Origin: Gemmatimonadota bacterium
GTDB lineage: Bacteria; Gemmatimonadota; Gemmatimonadetes; Longimicrobiales; Gaopeijiaceae
Direction of reading: 5' to 3'
NCBI GenBank assembly: GCA_022340755.1
Contig: JAJDNI010000090.1
Coordinates: 15,897 to 79,896 of the forward strand
Length of the DNA stretch: 64,000 bases
Shown here: positions 54,483-64,000 of the stretch, in pieces
Layout: every line of letters begins with the position of its first letter
Numbering within the stretch: position 1 is the stretch's first letter
Position numbers and translations under genes: made by a program
Notes under the pieces: generated by a model
The model's database searches: none
Told to the model about the DNA's origin: nothing
What the model saw: the letters and a program-made list of their open reading frames with translations, nothing else

Positions 54483-56936
54483 ATGACCAACGAAGGAAGA
54501 GACGCGTACGTCCCCGCCCAGGTGGAGGCGAAGTGGCAGCGCCTGTGGGAGGAGCGCGGCACCAATAGCTACACGCGAGAGAAGCTGGAAGGGGCGGCGA
54601 ACCCCTTCTTCAACCTCATGATGTTCCCCTACCCCTCCGCCGAGGGTCTCCACGTGGGCAACATCTACGCGTTCACCGGAGCCGACGTGCACGGCCGCTA
54701 CCAGCGGATGCGTGGGCACGACGTATTCGAGCCGATAGGGTTCGATGCCTTCGGCATCCACTCGGAGAACTTCGCGCTCAAGCGCGGGATCCATCCCATG
54801 GATCTGATCCCGTCGAACGTGAAGAACTTCACCCGCCAACTCCGACGCACCGGGGGCATGTTCGATTGGCGGCACATCGTCGATACCACGGACCCCGCGT
54901 ACTACAAGTGGACGCAGTGGGTCTTCCTCCAGCTCTTCAAGGCCGGCCTGGCGGAGCGTAAGGAAGCCCCCGTCAACTGGTGCCCATCGTGCAAGACGGT
55001 GCTCGCCAACGAGCAGGTCATCGGTGGCGCCTGCGAGCGGTGCGGTACCCCGGTGGAGCAGCGACGCATCGCCCAGTGGTTCTTCACCATCACCCGCTAC
55101 GCGCAAAGACTGCTGGACAATCTCGCCACACTCGACTGGTCGGACAGCACCCGAAAGGCTCAAGAGAACTGGATCGGCCGCAGTGAGGGTGCCGAGCTGC
55201 GCTTCCCCGTTCTGGACGCCGAGGGACGCGAGACCGGCACGCGCATCGACGTCTTCACGACGCGACCGGACACGATCTTCGGTGCGACCTACATGGTGCT
55301 CTCTCCGGAGCACCCGTTGGTGGACGAGGTCACGGAGGAGGGCCAGCGCCCGCGTGTCTTCGCCTATCGGGAAGAGGCGGCGCGCAAGGACCTGGTGGCT
55401 CGCCAGAAGATGGACAAGACCAAGACCGGGGTGTTCACCGGTGGGTACTGCCGCAATCCGGCCACAGGAAAGGCCATCCCGATCTGGATCGCCGACTACG
55501 TGCTCATGGAGTACGGCACCGGAGCCATCATGGCGGTGCCCGGACACGACGAGCGCGACTTCGAGTTCGCCACGGCGTTCGACCTCCCCATCGTGCGTGT
55601 GGTGGCCGGCGAGGGCCAGACCGCGGACACGCCTCTCTCCGAGGCCTTTTCGGGTGACGGCATCCTGGTGAACTCCGGCGACTTCGACGGCATGCCGTGG
55701 GAGGAGGGCAAGCGCGAGATCACGGAGTGGCTGGCGGACGCGGGCCTCGGAGAGTCACGGATCAACTACCGGCTCCACGACTGGTGCATCTCGCGCCAGC
55801 GCTACTGGGGTCCCCCCATCCCCATCATCCACTGCGATGCGTGCGGGCCCGTGGCCGTCCCGGAGGAGGATCTTCCCGTCGTGCTGCCCCGCGTGGAGGA
55901 CTTCAAGCCCGACGACTCCGGAATCAGCCCGCTGGCGCGGGTCGAGGAGTGGTACCGGACGACGTGCCCGCGGTGCGGCTCCGGGGCACGCCGGGAAACC
56001 GACGTGTCCGACACGTTCCTCGATTCGGGGTGGTATTTCCTGCGCTATCCCTCCACGGACTTCGAGGACCGGGCGTTCGATCAGGACATGACATCGAAAT
56101 GGCTGCCGGTGAAGACGTACATCGGTGGGAACGAGCACGCGGTGCTCCACCTGATGTACTCGCGCTTCCTGACCATGGTGCTCCACGACCTCGGACTGCT
56201 GCCTTTCGAGGAGCCGTTCACGCGGTTCCGTGCTCACGGGCTCATCACGCACGACGGCGCGAAAATGAGCAAGAGCAAGGGCAACGTCGTGATCCCGGAT
56301 CCCATCATCGAGGAGTTCGGCGCCGATACGTTCCGCATCTACCTCATGTTCCTGGGTCCCTTCGAGGAGGGCGGTGACTACCGCGACGAGGGCATCCAGG
56401 GGCCGCACGGATTCTTGCATCGACTCTGGGACACCGTCCTGTCCTCCGCCGACGGCGAACCCGACGCGGCCGTCGAGCGGAAGATCCACCGCACCGTCAA
56501 GCAGGTCACCGAGCAGCTGCCGACGCTACAGTACAACACCGCCGTCGCGGCGCTCATGGAGTGCCTCAACGCCGTCCGGGCCGGCGGCCGTCAGGCCGTG
56601 CGTGCGGAGGTGGAGCCGCTCGTCAGGATGGTCGCGCCCTTCGCCCCACACGTGGCCGAGGAGCTCTGGGAGCGCCTGGGCAACGAGGGAAGCATCTTCC
56701 ACGGTGCGGAGTGGCCGTCGTACGATGAAGCCAAGACCGTCGACGAGACGGTCAAGGTCGCCGTCCAGGTCAACGGCAAGCTGCGTGGCACCGTGGACGT
56801 GGCCCCGGGTTCGGAGCAGGAGGCCGTGGTGAAGCTGGCCCAGGAAGAGGAGAACGTGGCTCGCCATCTCGAGGGGCTCACGGTCCGGAAGGTTGTGTTT
56901 GTGAAGGATCGTCTCGTCAACTTCGTGGTCTCATGA
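54483..56936 (+). CDS. leuS: Leucine--tRNA ligase
   Basis: The product contains [12 protein letters not shown] (HIGH region), KMSKSKGN, and a CP1 editing domain. Confidence 0.97.
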   Translation: MTNEGRDAYVPAQVEAKWQRLWEERGTNSYTREKLEGAANPFFNLMMFPYPSAEGLHVGNIYAFTGADVHGRYQRMRGHDVFEPIGFDAFGIHSENFALKRGIHPMDLIPSNVKNFTRQLRRTGGMFDWRHIVDTTDPAYYKWTQWVFLQLFKAGLAERKEAPVNWCPSCKTVLANEQVIGGACERCGTPVEQRRIAQWFFTITRYAQRLLDNLATLDWSDSTRKAQENWIGRSEGAELRFPVLDAEGRETGTRIDVFTTRPDTIFGATYMVLSPEHPLVDEVTEEGQRPRVFAYREEAARKDLVARQKMDKTKTGVFTGGYCRNPATGKAIPIWIADYVLMEYGTGAIMAVPGHDERDFEFATAFDLPIVRVVAGEGQTADTPLSEAFSGDGILVNSGDFDGMPWEEGKREITEWLADAGLGESRINYRLHDWCISRQRYWGPPIPIIHCDACGPVAVPEEDLPVVLPRVEDFKPDDSGISPLARVEEWYRTTCPRCGSGARRETDVSDTFLDSGWYFLRYPSTDFEDRAFDQDMTSKWLPVKTYIGGNEHAVLHLMYSRFLTMVLHDLGLLPFEEPFTRFRAHGLITHDGAKMSKSKGNVVIPDPIIEEFGADTFRIYLMFLGPFEEGGDYRDEGIQGPHGFLHRLWDTVLSSADGEPDAAVERKIHRTVKQVTEQLPTLQYNTAVAALMECLNAVRAGGRQAVRAEVEPLVRMVAPFAPHVAEELWERLGNEGSIFHGAEWPSYDEAKTVDETVKVAVQVNGKLRGTVDVAPGSEQEAVVKLAQEEENVARHLEGLTVRKVVFVKDRLVNFVVS

Positions 56937-58933
56937 CGAACATCGAGAAGCTCGCCATCGACGCCGTTCGCGTCCTTTCCATGGACGCGGTGCAGAAGGC
57001 CGATTCCGGCCATCCCGGCACCCCCATGGCTCTGGCGCCCATGGGGTATGTCCTCTTCCACCGGCATCTGCGTCACGCGCCGGAGAGCCCGACCTGGCCG
57101 GACCGCGACCGCTTCGTGCTATCCGCGGGTCACGCGTCCATGCTGCTGTATTCGCTGCTCCACCTCAGCGGCTACGACGTCTCCGAGGCGGACATCCACG
57201 ACTTTCGTCAATGGGGCTCGCACACGCCGGGCCACCCCGAGGTCGGGCACACGCCGGGGGTGGAGTGCACCACGGGCCCGCTGGGACAGGGCGTGGGCAT
57301 GAGCGTGGGCATGGCTCTGGCGGAGCGATGGCTCGCGAGCCGGTACAACCGTCCGGGTCACGAGATCGTGCATCATTGGACGTACGCGCTCTGCTCCGAC
57401 GGCGACCTGATGGAGGGCATCTCCCACGAGGCTGCCGCCCTGGCTGGCCACCAGAAGCTGGGCCGGCTCATTTGGATCTGGGACGACAACCACATCACCA
57501 TCGAAGGAGGGACGAGCCTCGCGACCTCGACGGACCAGGCGAGGCGCTTCGAGGGGTACGGTTGGCACGTCGTCCACGTCCACGACGGCAACGACCTCGA
57601 GGCCATGGACCTGGCTCTGGAGGAGGCGAAGCGTGAGACGGAGCGGCCCACGCTCATCGTGCTGCGCACGACCATCGCGTGGGGGAGCCCGAAGATGGCG
57701 GGCAAGTCCGCCGCACACGGGGCACCCCTGGGTCAGGACGAGATCGACGCGACCAAGAAGAACCTCGACTATCCGTCCCTGGAGCCGTTCTGGGTCGACC
57801 CCGCCGTGCGTGACCACTGGGGCTCGTGCGTCCGTCGGGGAGAGCGCATGGAGGAGGCCTGGCGCGCGCGGCTCGCCATCTACAGGGCCGAGTTCCCCGA
57901 AGCGGCGGCGGAGTTCGAGGGAATCATTGCGGGAAAGCTACCGGACGGCTGGGACGCCAAGCTCCCCGATCTCACGAATCCCGAGAAGGCCGACGCGACG
58001 CGCAACTGGTCCGGGCAGGTCATTCAGGGACTCGCGGCGCGCATCCACAACCTGGTGGGCGGCTCGGCCGACCTGGCGCCATCCAACAAGACGGACATCA
58101 AGGGCGCGGACGGCCTGCTGCCGGCGACGCCCGGAGGACGCGTCGCTCACTTCGGCATCCGCGAGCACGCCATGGGGGCGGTCCTGAACGGCATGGCGCT
58201 CCACGGGGGCATCCGCCCGTTCGGTGGGACCTTCCTGGTGTTCTCTGACTACATGCGACCCGCCATCCGTCTCGCGGCGCTCATGCGCCAGCCTGTCACG
58301 TACGTGTTCACGCACGATTCCATCGGCCTGGGGGAGGACGGCCCCACACACCAGCCCGTCGAGCAACTGGCTTCTCTCAGGGCCGTGCCCAACCTCATGG
58401 ATCTCCGCCCAGGCGACGCGGCCGAGACCGTGGAAGCCTGGAAGATGGCCGTGGAGCGCACCGACGGTCCGAGCTTCCTGGCGCTCTCCAGGCAGAAGGT
58501 GGCCATCCTGGATCGAACGAAGCTCGCGTCGGCGGACGGACTGCGCCGCGGCGGGTATGTCCTCGCGGAGGCCAGCGGCGACGAGCCGCGCGTCATCCTC
58601 GTCGCCAGCGGCACCGAGCTCGAGCTCGCGGTCCAGGCCCGCGAGCAGCTGGAAGCGGACGGCGTGCCCACCCGGGTCGTGAGCCTGCCGAGCTGGTTCC
58701 TGTTCCGGCAGCAGAGCGCTTCGTACCGACACCGGGTGTTGCCGCCCACGGTGACGGCTCGCGTCTCGGTGGAGGCGGCCTCCACCTTCGGTTGGACCAT
58801 GTGGGTGGGGAGCGAGGGGCATTCCATCGGCCTCGATCACTTCGGAGCGTCCGCTCCGGCCGAGGTCCTCTACCGCGAGTTCGGCATTACCGCTGAGGCG
58901 GTTGTGGAGGCGGCGAAAAGCATCCTCGGGTGA
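56933..58933 (+). CDS. tkt: Transketolase
   Basis: The product contains [28 protein letters not shown], and [17 protein letters not shown]. It overlaps leuS by 4 nt. Confidence 0.97.
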   Translation: MTNIEKLAIDAVRVLSMDAVQKADSGHPGTPMALAPMGYVLFHRHLRHAPESPTWPDRDRFVLSAGHASMLLYSLLHLSGYDVSEADIHDFRQWGSHTPGHPEVGHTPGVECTTGPLGQGVGMSVGMALAERWLASRYNRPGHEIVHHWTYALCSDGDLMEGISHEAAALAGHQKLGRLIWIWDDNHITIEGGTSLATSTDQARRFEGYGWHVVHVHDGNDLEAMDLALEEAKRETERPTLIVLRTTIAWGSPKMAGKSAAHGAPLGQDEIDATKKNLDYPSLEPFWVDPAVRDHWGSCVRRGERMEEAWRARLAIYRAEFPEAAAEFEGIIAGKLPDGWDAKLPDLTNPEKADATRNWSGQVIQGLAARIHNLVGGSADLAPSNKTDIKGADGLLPATPGGRVAHFGIREHAMGAVLNGMALHGGIRPFGGTFLVFSDYMRPAIRLAALMRQPVTYVFTHDSIGLGEDGPTHQPVEQLASLRAVPNLMDLRPGDAAETVEAWKMAVERTDGPSFLALSRQKVAILDRTKLASADGLRRGGYVLAEASGDEPRVILVASGTELELAVQAREQLEADGVPTRVVSLPSWFLFRQQSASYRHRVLPPTVTARVSVEAASTFGWTMWVGSEGHSIGLDHFGASAPAEVLYREFGITAEAVVEAAKSILG

Positions 58934-58998
58934 GGGTGTGAGCCCGGGACGTCCTGGGCCGCGGGCGTCTTGAAGAGCGAGGCCCCCCGGGCGACCTG

Positions 58999-59790
58999 CT
59001 AGGCCGCCCGCCGGCGCAGCGCGAGCGGAAGCGGTGGCACCCGCGTGACGGGCTCCGCGCGCTTCCGCCGGTGCCGCACCGGACGCTCGTATTTCGTCTC
59101 CGCTCGGCATCCGGCGTGGCGAGCCCACTTCCTCCAGGTGTCGCCGTGCCCGTAGTTCCCGTCGAAGAGCCAGTCGGCCACATGGGCCATCTCGTGCAGA
59201 AGCGTGTCCATGCGCTCCGCGCCATTGCCCTCGAGCATGAGGTCGACGTTGAGCGCGAGCTCGATGACGAACCGACCGCGCCTCCGGTCCTGCGCCGGGA
59301 TGATGTGGCCCAGCGAAGTGGACATGCGGTTGCTCAACCGCACGGGCAGGTCATCCGGAAGCAGCCCGTCGAACCGAGAGCGGTTCAGGTAGCCATACAG
59401 CGCTCGGAGGTACGCGCGCTGGGCCGGCGTGGCGCAGCAATGCGTCACTTGGGTGTCTTCGTCACACCGATGGGCGGAGCGGCGCAGGCGTTGAGCGTGA
59501 TAGGCCCGCACCGCCTCCATGACCGGCACCAGCCCCCGCCAGTTCCGGACCTGGTCCGCCGCCTCCTTCACCGCGGCTGTTCGATAGCCCCGCCCGCGGA
59601 CGATGGTCGCGAACGCGTCCAGGACGCTCGCCGGTGCCCGCCGGTACGCCACGTGCACGTTGAGCACCGTCGCGTCCTGCGTGAGCGACCAGATCGTGCT
59701 GCGGTTGGCGCGGAATCGCACGCGCAGGAGGCGGCGCGCGCCGCGCTCCTTGAGCTCCCTCAGAAAGTCGTCGGCAGTACGGGCACGCAT
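58999..59790 (-). CDS. SprT-like zinc metalloprotease domain protein
   Basis: The product contains LLHEMAHV (HExxH) ..GHGDTWRKWARHAGC. I chose the ATG at 59790. The 383-aa ORF from 60150 adds non-protein-like sequence and would overlap the neighbouring gene. Confidence 0.65.
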   Translation of the reverse strand: MRARTADDFLRELKERGARRLLRVRFRANRSTIWSLTQDATVLNVHVAYRRAPASVLDAFATIVRGRGYRTAAVKEAADQVRNWRGLVPVMEAVRAYHAQRLRRSAHRCDEDTQVTHCCATPAQRAYLRALYGYLNRSRFDGLLPDDLPVRLSNRMSTSLGHIIPAQDRRRGRFVIELALNVDLMLEGNGAERMDTLLHEMAHVADWLFDGNYGHGDTWRKWARHAGCRAETKYERPVRHRRKRAEPVTRVPPLPLALRRRAA

Positions 59791-59990
59791 GGTACCGAGC
59801 AGGTCGAGGAGTTCGGGTTCGTGATCAGCCGGGCTGAATGATGGGGCTTCGAATCGCCGCGCGCATCCCCCTCCGACCACGACTCGGTCAGCACACTCAG
59901 GACGCCTCTCAAGGTCTCCCGGGTACCCACCCCGTAGTGTCCTCATCCGAACCCTTGCACAACATCTTGTGTGTTTCCGCGTCGAGCCTA

Positions 59991-60020
59991 TTGCTTTCTG
60001 CCGACGAAAGGCACTACATA
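59991..60020 (+). promoter_or_regulatory. Candidate sigma70-type promoter for the H1-like gene
   Basis: The pattern is TTGCTT-N18-TACATA, about 50 nt upstream of the GTG at 60072. This is pattern recognition only. Confidence 0.25.
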
Positions 60021-60071
60021 GATGTCGTTCGCGAACTTCATTTGGTCGTAACCTGCTTCCGGAGGCGAACC

Positions 60072-60506
60072 GTGGCGACCAAGAAGAAGGCACCCAAGAA
60101 GGCTGCAGCAAAGAAGCCGGCCAAGAAGGCGGCGAAGAAGGCCGCAGCAAAGAAGCCGGCCAAGAAGGCCGCGGTGAAAAAGCCCGCCAAGAAGGCGGCG
60201 AAGAAGGTCGCCAAGAAGGCCGCTGGCGCCAAGAAGCGTCCCGCGAAGAAGGCGGCGAAGAAGGCGGCCAGGAAGGCGCCCGTGAAGAAGGCCATGAAGA
60301 AGGCCGCGAAGAAGGCGGCGAAGAAGCCCGCCAAGAAGGCCAAGAAGGCCGCGAAAAAGGCGGCGAAGAAGCCTGCCAAGAAGGCCGCGAAGAAGGCGGT
60401 GAAGAAGCCCGCCAAGAAGGCCGTCAAGAAGGCGGTGAAGAAGCCCGCCAAGAAGGCCGCGAAGAAGGCGGCGAAGAAGCCCGCCAAGAAGGCCAAGAAG
60501 AAGTAG
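60072..60506 (+). CDS. Histone H1/Hc1-like Lys/Ala-repeat nucleoid-associated protein
   Basis: The 144-aa product is almost entirely (A/P)KKAAKK repeats. The GTG at 60072 is preceded by GGAGG at 6-nt spacing. Confidence 0.75.
   Translation: MATKKKAPKKAAAKKPAKKAAKKAAAKKPAKKAAVKKPAKKAAKKVAKKAAGAKKRPAKKAAKKAARKAPVKKAMKKAAKKAAKKPAKKAKKAAKKAAKKPAKKAAKKAVKKPAKKAVKKAVKKPAKKAAKKAAKKPAKKAKKK
60078..60503 (+). repeat. In-frame degenerate tandem repeats (GCC AAG AAG GCN GCG AAG AAG ...)
   Basis: Reiteration of 21-24-nt units encoding PAKKAAKK is directly visible. There are no unique spacers, so this is not a CRISPR array. Confidence 0.85.
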
Positions 60507-60534
60507 TAGCCTTCTACGCTCCCCGGAGCGGTCT

Positions 60535-60577
60535 GGGCGCCGGCGCCTTCAAGTAGGTGCCGGCGCCCTGCTTTTGG
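60535..60577 (+). terminator. Rho-independent terminator after the H1-like gene
   Basis: The 13-bp stem is GGGCGCCGGCGCC / GGTGCCGGCGCCC (one G-U pair), with an 8-nt loop, followed by TGCTTTTGG. Confidence 0.75.
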
Positions 60578-60898
60578 ACCTCGGTGAGGCCAGGGTACAC
60601 AAGAGTTCACGCATGTTATACGCCGCCTTTCGCTCACCTCTTTCGTGGTTGGGAGGGGACGTATCTTCGCCGGATCTGGCTTGGGCTGTCAGTGGCGCTC
60701 GCCGGCGGCGCGCGGTTGCCGGGTCCGGACGCCCAATCGCCGGTGCGCCCCTCGACCTCGTCTGCGGCTGCCAACTCCGGACGCTCGCCCGCCGGGCGGG
60801 ACTCCGATAGCTGACTCCAGACCCGGCCCATTGCAGGAGACGCGCCGAGGCCTCCTCTTGTCCCAGCCCTTCCCGTACCGCACTACCGAGAGGTCTCT

Positions 60899-63541
60899 AT
60901 GATTCGTACCGCTCGTGCCGTGCCGGTTCGCCGGCTGGCACTCCTCGCGTTGCTCGCGCTTCCGTTCGCCACGTCGGAGGTCGCGCTGCCCATGCGGTCG
61001 GCGGCGCAGGTCCATTCCGCCCCGGCACGCGACGTCGTCGGCGGGCCGGGGTCGGCCAACTATCAGCTCGCCGCGCGTTTCGCTCCGTACAAGATCCGGG
61101 ATCTACTGAAGAGCACGACGCTGTCTCCGCGTTGGATCGACCACGGCGACAAGTTCTGGTATCAGTGGGAGACCACCGAAGGAACGTCGTACTACGTCGT
61201 CGATCCCGTTCGCGGCACCAAGCAGGCGATCTTCGACAACGATCGGATCGCCGCGGAGCTGACGCGGATCACCCACGATCCCTGGGACGCCCAGCACCTT
61301 CCCATCCGCGCCATCCGCTTCATCGACGACCACACCATCCAGTTCGATGTGCAGTCGTCTCAGGACGAGAAGGTCACCGAAGCCGACACCGTCGTGGGTG
61401 AACAGCAGCAGCGTGGGCGGCGGCCCCAGCGTCCCCGCACGAAGAAGAAGATGTTCCACTTCCAGTACGACGTGCCCACCCGCACGCTGCGCCTGTTGGA
61501 GGACTACGAGGCCCCTGACAACAACCCTGGCTGGGCGAGCGTGTCACCGGACACCCAATGGGTGGTCTTCAGCCGGGAGTTCAACCTCTGGGCGATGACG
61601 TACGACGAGTACAAGAAGATCCTCGATGCCCGCAGGGGGAAGTCCGGCGCCGAGGCCGACAGCGCCGAGTGGAAGGTGAAGGTCGACGAGACCCAACTCA
61701 CCACCGACGGCGAGAAGGATTACGCGTACGGCAGCCAGGGGCGCGGAGAGAACGACGAGGAGACGGCCAAGGAGTTCACACGGCGTCAGCGCGCCGGCAT
61801 CGCCTGGTCGTGGGACTCCCACTGGTTCGCCCTCACCCGGGACGACACCCGCAAGGTCGCCGACCTGTGGGTCATCCACACCGAGAACAACAAGCGGCCC
61901 CAGCTGGAGACCTATAAGTACGCCATGCCCGGCGACACGCTCATCGACCAGGCGGAGCTATTGGTCTTCGACATGCAGAGCCGCCAGATGAAGAAGATCG
62001 ACGACCAGCCGTGGAAGGACGAAACCATGGGGGTCTTCCGGAACCCACGGGACGGAGGCGGCTTCCGGGGCTCCGGCCGAGGGGGCGGCGGCGGCGTGAA
62101 CGACGAGGTGCCCATCTCCCGGTGGCTCTCCAACAAGTCCAACGAGCTGTACTTCTACCGGGCCAGCCGTGACCTGCACCGCATCGACGTCATGGTGGCG
62201 GACCCCACCACCGGGGCGGTCAAGACGGTCATCGAAGAGCGGATGAACGTCACCCTGGAGCAGCAGCCCCCGTGGCGGCTGGCCAACGGCGACCTGGTGT
62301 GGTGGTCCGAGCGGGATGGATGGGCGCATCTGTACCGCATCTCACCCGACGGCAAGTCGCAGAAGGCGCTGACCTCCGGACCCTGGCACGTGGACGGGAT
62401 CGAGGGCATCGACGAGGCCAAGGGTACGCTGGTGTTCCAGGCCAACGACCGGGAGCAGGGCGAGGACCCCTACTACCGGCACACCTACCGGGTGGGTCTC
62501 GACGGCACCGGCCTCAAGCTTCTGGACCCCGGGGACTTCGATCACGCCGCGTCGACTTCAGAGACCGCGCATTACTTCGTGGACAACTACTCCCGGGTGA
62601 ACACCGCTCCCACGTCCACGCTCTTCGACGAAACCGGGCGCAAGATCATGGACCTGGAGACGGCGGACTTCTCGCTGCTCCTGGCAGCCGGCTACGAGTT
62701 CCCCGAGCCCTTCAAGGTCAAGGCCGCCGACGGGGTGACGGACCTGTACGGCGTCATGTACAAACCCTACGACTTCGACTCGACCAAGGTCTATCCCATC
62801 GTCGAGTACGTGTACCCCGGCCCACAGACCGAGTCGGTGGCCAAGTCCTTCTCCACGGCGGCGTACGAGCAGGCGCTGGCCCAGTTCGGCTTCGTGGTGG
62901 TCACCGTGGGCAACCGCGGCGGCCATCCCGACCGCTCCCTGTGGTACCACCGATTCGGATACAACAACCTCCGGGACTACGGACTGGCCGACAAGAAAGT
63001 CACCGTTGAGCAACTGGCGGAGCGGCACCCCTTCATCGACCAGGACCGGGTGGGCATCTACGGGCACTCGGGTGGCGGCTTCATGTCCACCGCGGCCATG
63101 CTCGTGTACCCCGACTTCTTCAAGGTCGCGGTGTCCTCGTCGGGCAACCACGACAACACCGTCTACAACCGCTGGTGGGGTGAGTCGCAGAACGGGGTGA
63201 AGGAGGAGGTGAGCGACTCCGGCCAGGTTTCCTTCGCCTTCTCCATCGCCACCAACCCGTCCATCGCGAAGAACCTCAAGGGACACCTGCTCCTCACCAC
63301 GGGAACGGCAGACAACAACGTCAACCCGGCCAACACCTATCGCATGGCCGACGCCCTCATCAAGGCCAACAAGCGCTTCGACTTCTTCGTCTTCCCCGAT
63401 TCCCGCCACGGGTACGGGAACATGAGCGACTACTGGTTCTGGCTCAGGGCGGAGTACTTCGTGAGGAACCTCCTGGGTGACGATACCCACTGGAACGCCG
63501 ACCTCATCGAGCTTCAAAAGGAGCAGGCGAAGTCGAGATGA
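60899..63541 (+). CDS. S9 family peptidase (dipeptidyl-peptidase IV-like), secreted
   Basis: It has a signal peptide, a DPPIV-type beta-propeller N-domain, a catalytic GHSGGG, and a later D and H (SRHGYG). Confidence 0.9.
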   Translation: MIRTARAVPVRRLALLALLALPFATSEVALPMRSAAQVHSAPARDVVGGPGSANYQLAARFAPYKIRDLLKSTTLSPRWIDHGDKFWYQWETTEGTSYYVVDPVRGTKQAIFDNDRIAAELTRITHDPWDAQHLPIRAIRFIDDHTIQFDVQSSQDEKVTEADTVVGEQQQRGRRPQRPRTKKKMFHFQYDVPTRTLRLLEDYEAPDNNPGWASVSPDTQWVVFSREFNLWAMTYDEYKKILDARRGKSGAEADSAEWKVKVDETQLTTDGEKDYAYGSQGRGENDEETAKEFTRRQRAGIAWSWDSHWFALTRDDTRKVADLWVIHTENNKRPQLETYKYAMPGDTLIDQAELLVFDMQSRQMKKIDDQPWKDETMGVFRNPRDGGGFRGSGRGGGGGVNDEVPISRWLSNKSNELYFYRASRDLHRIDVMVADPTTGAVKTVIEERMNVTLEQQPPWRLANGDLVWWSERDGWAHLYRISPDGKSQKALTSGPWHVDGIEGIDEAKGTLVFQANDREQGEDPYYRHTYRVGLDGTGLKLLDPGDFDHAASTSETAHYFVDNYSRVNTAPTSTLFDETGRKIMDLETADFSLLLAAGYEFPEPFKVKAADGVTDLYGVMYKPYDFDSTKVYPIVEYVYPGPQTESVAKSFSTAAYEQALAQFGFVVVTVGNRGGHPDRSLWYHRFGYNNLRDYGLADKKVTVEQLAERHPFIDQDRVGIYGHSGGGFMSTAAMLVYPDFFKVAVSSSGNHDNTVYNRWWGESQNGVKEEVSDSGQVSFAFSIATNPSIAKNLKGHLLLTTGTADNNVNPANTYRMADALIKANKRFDFFVFPDSRHGYGNMSDYWFWLRAEYFVRNLLGDDTHWNADLIELQKEQAKSR

Positions 63542-63586
63542 CCGGTCGAGCGGTCTGACCCACCGCCACTTGGTAGGAGGGAGCCA

Positions 63587-63622
63587 GGAGCCCCCGGCGT
63601 CACGCCGGGGGCTCCTTCTCGT
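63587..63622 (+). terminator. Terminator hairpin between convergent genes
   Basis: The hairpin is GGAGCCCCCGGCG-TCAC-GCCGGGGGCTCC, followed by TTCTCGT. Confidence 0.5.
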
Positions 63623-63636
63623 GCTGCGTCACGTGC

Positions 63637-64000
63637 TCAACTCTCGGGGTGCTTCTCCCGGAAGCCGATGCGGTAATACGGATTCACGACGCTGGTGGCC
63701 ACGTTCTTGAGGTGGGCGCTCACCCGCTTCAGGAAGCGCAAGTGAAGCGCCACCGTCACGGCGTGCCCCGAGCGCCCCGTCAGCACTTCTCCGTTCCGCA
63801 AGCGTCGCATGTCGCGCTCCGCCGTCTCCGATACCCTTTTGTGGGTCTCCATGACCTGTCGCGCGCTCGCCTCGTCCGAATTCTCCAGAGCCGTGATGGT
63901 GTCCTCGAACATCCCAGTCACCGCCCGCTCCATCTCCACGACGTCCCCTTGGAGCTCGAGCCCGTCGAAGGGCGCCTCCAGCCCCATGGCCAGCTCGACG
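63637..64000 (-). CDS. PhoU-domain protein, C-terminal part; the gene continues beyond the window end
   Basis: It has a PhoU-like helical repeat (E..D..A..V....K.V...E.D...L; LKRVSAHLKNVA). The frame stays open upstream of the first Met to base 64000. Confidence 0.55.
   Translation of the reverse strand, partial: VELAMGLEAPFDGLELQGDVVEMERAVTGMFEDTITALENSDEASARQVMETHKRVSETAERDMRRLRNGEVLTGRSGHAVTVALHLRFLKRVSAHLKNVATSVVNPYYRIGFREKHPES

Noticed and set aside
59791-60150. Long (383-aa) version of the SprT-like ORF
   Set aside because: The extra 120 residues are Ser/Pro/Arg/Cys-rich junk. They would run across the divergent promoter and overlap the start of the H1-like gene.
60072-60506. A possible CRISPR or other non-coding tandem array, suggested by the highly repetitive DNA
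   Set aside because: The repeats are in-frame, degenerate and contiguous with no unique spacers. They sit inside an ORF with an RBS and a terminator. They encode KKAAKK-type repeats of a histone-like protein.
1-64000. Mobile elements, prophage, defence islands, tRNA/rRNA genes and CRISPR arrays
   Set aside because: I recognised no integrase, transposase, recombinase, phage structural, restriction, Cas or toxin-antitoxin signatures in any frame. No intergenic gap showed a tRNA cloverleaf or rRNA-like sequence by eye. A tRNAscan/Infernal run would be needed to exclude small RNAs formally.

Overview
GC-rich bacterial chromosomal segment: third codon positions are almost all G/C, which creates many spurious long antisense and alternate-frame ORFs. 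waaA (Kdo transferase) indicates a Gram-negative-type envelope. The phylum cannot be established from sequence alone; the gene content fits Gemmatimonadota-like or another high-GC diderm. I support about 57 protein-coding genes, mostly housekeeping: accA, metG, serA/serB-like, gyrA, uvrA, ada, waaA, leuS, tkt, a fadB-like gene and a MocA/XdhC cofactor-maturation set. There is a striking density of secreted or processing peptidases (M20, M23, M16-like x2, S46, S58, COG4324-type, S9). By eye I found no rRNA, tRNA, CRISPR array, transposase, integrase or recognisable defence genes, so this looks like core genome rather than an accessory island. The unusual items, in my order of interest, are listed here. 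(1) A single polypeptide fusing an ATP-grasp (Ddl-like) ligase domain to a complete SET lysine-methyltransferase domain. It lies in a co-directional string with a GT2-Rossmann fusion that lacks a canonical start codon and a Zn-ribbon membrane protein, between uvrA and gyrA. A Lys/Ala-repeat histone-H1/Hc1-like protein, a candidate substrate, is encoded 23 kb away, divergent from a SprT-like metalloprotease. (2) A padR operon carrying a perfect 14-bp palindromic operator candidate, a multi-TM protein and a 425-bp tandem duplication that gives two stand-alone 127-aa MotA/ExbB-like mini-proteins with no ExbD/TolR/MotB partner. (3) An orphan response regulator whose output is a PIG-L/LmbE domain with a degenerate metal/catalytic motif, divergent from a DUF4097 protein. 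(4) A translationally coupled MocA-XdhC-XdhC(N)-DUF402 string with no molybdoenzyme in cis. Several hairpins, repeats and terminators are also reported. All functional calls rest on motif recognition by eye. No database search was run.
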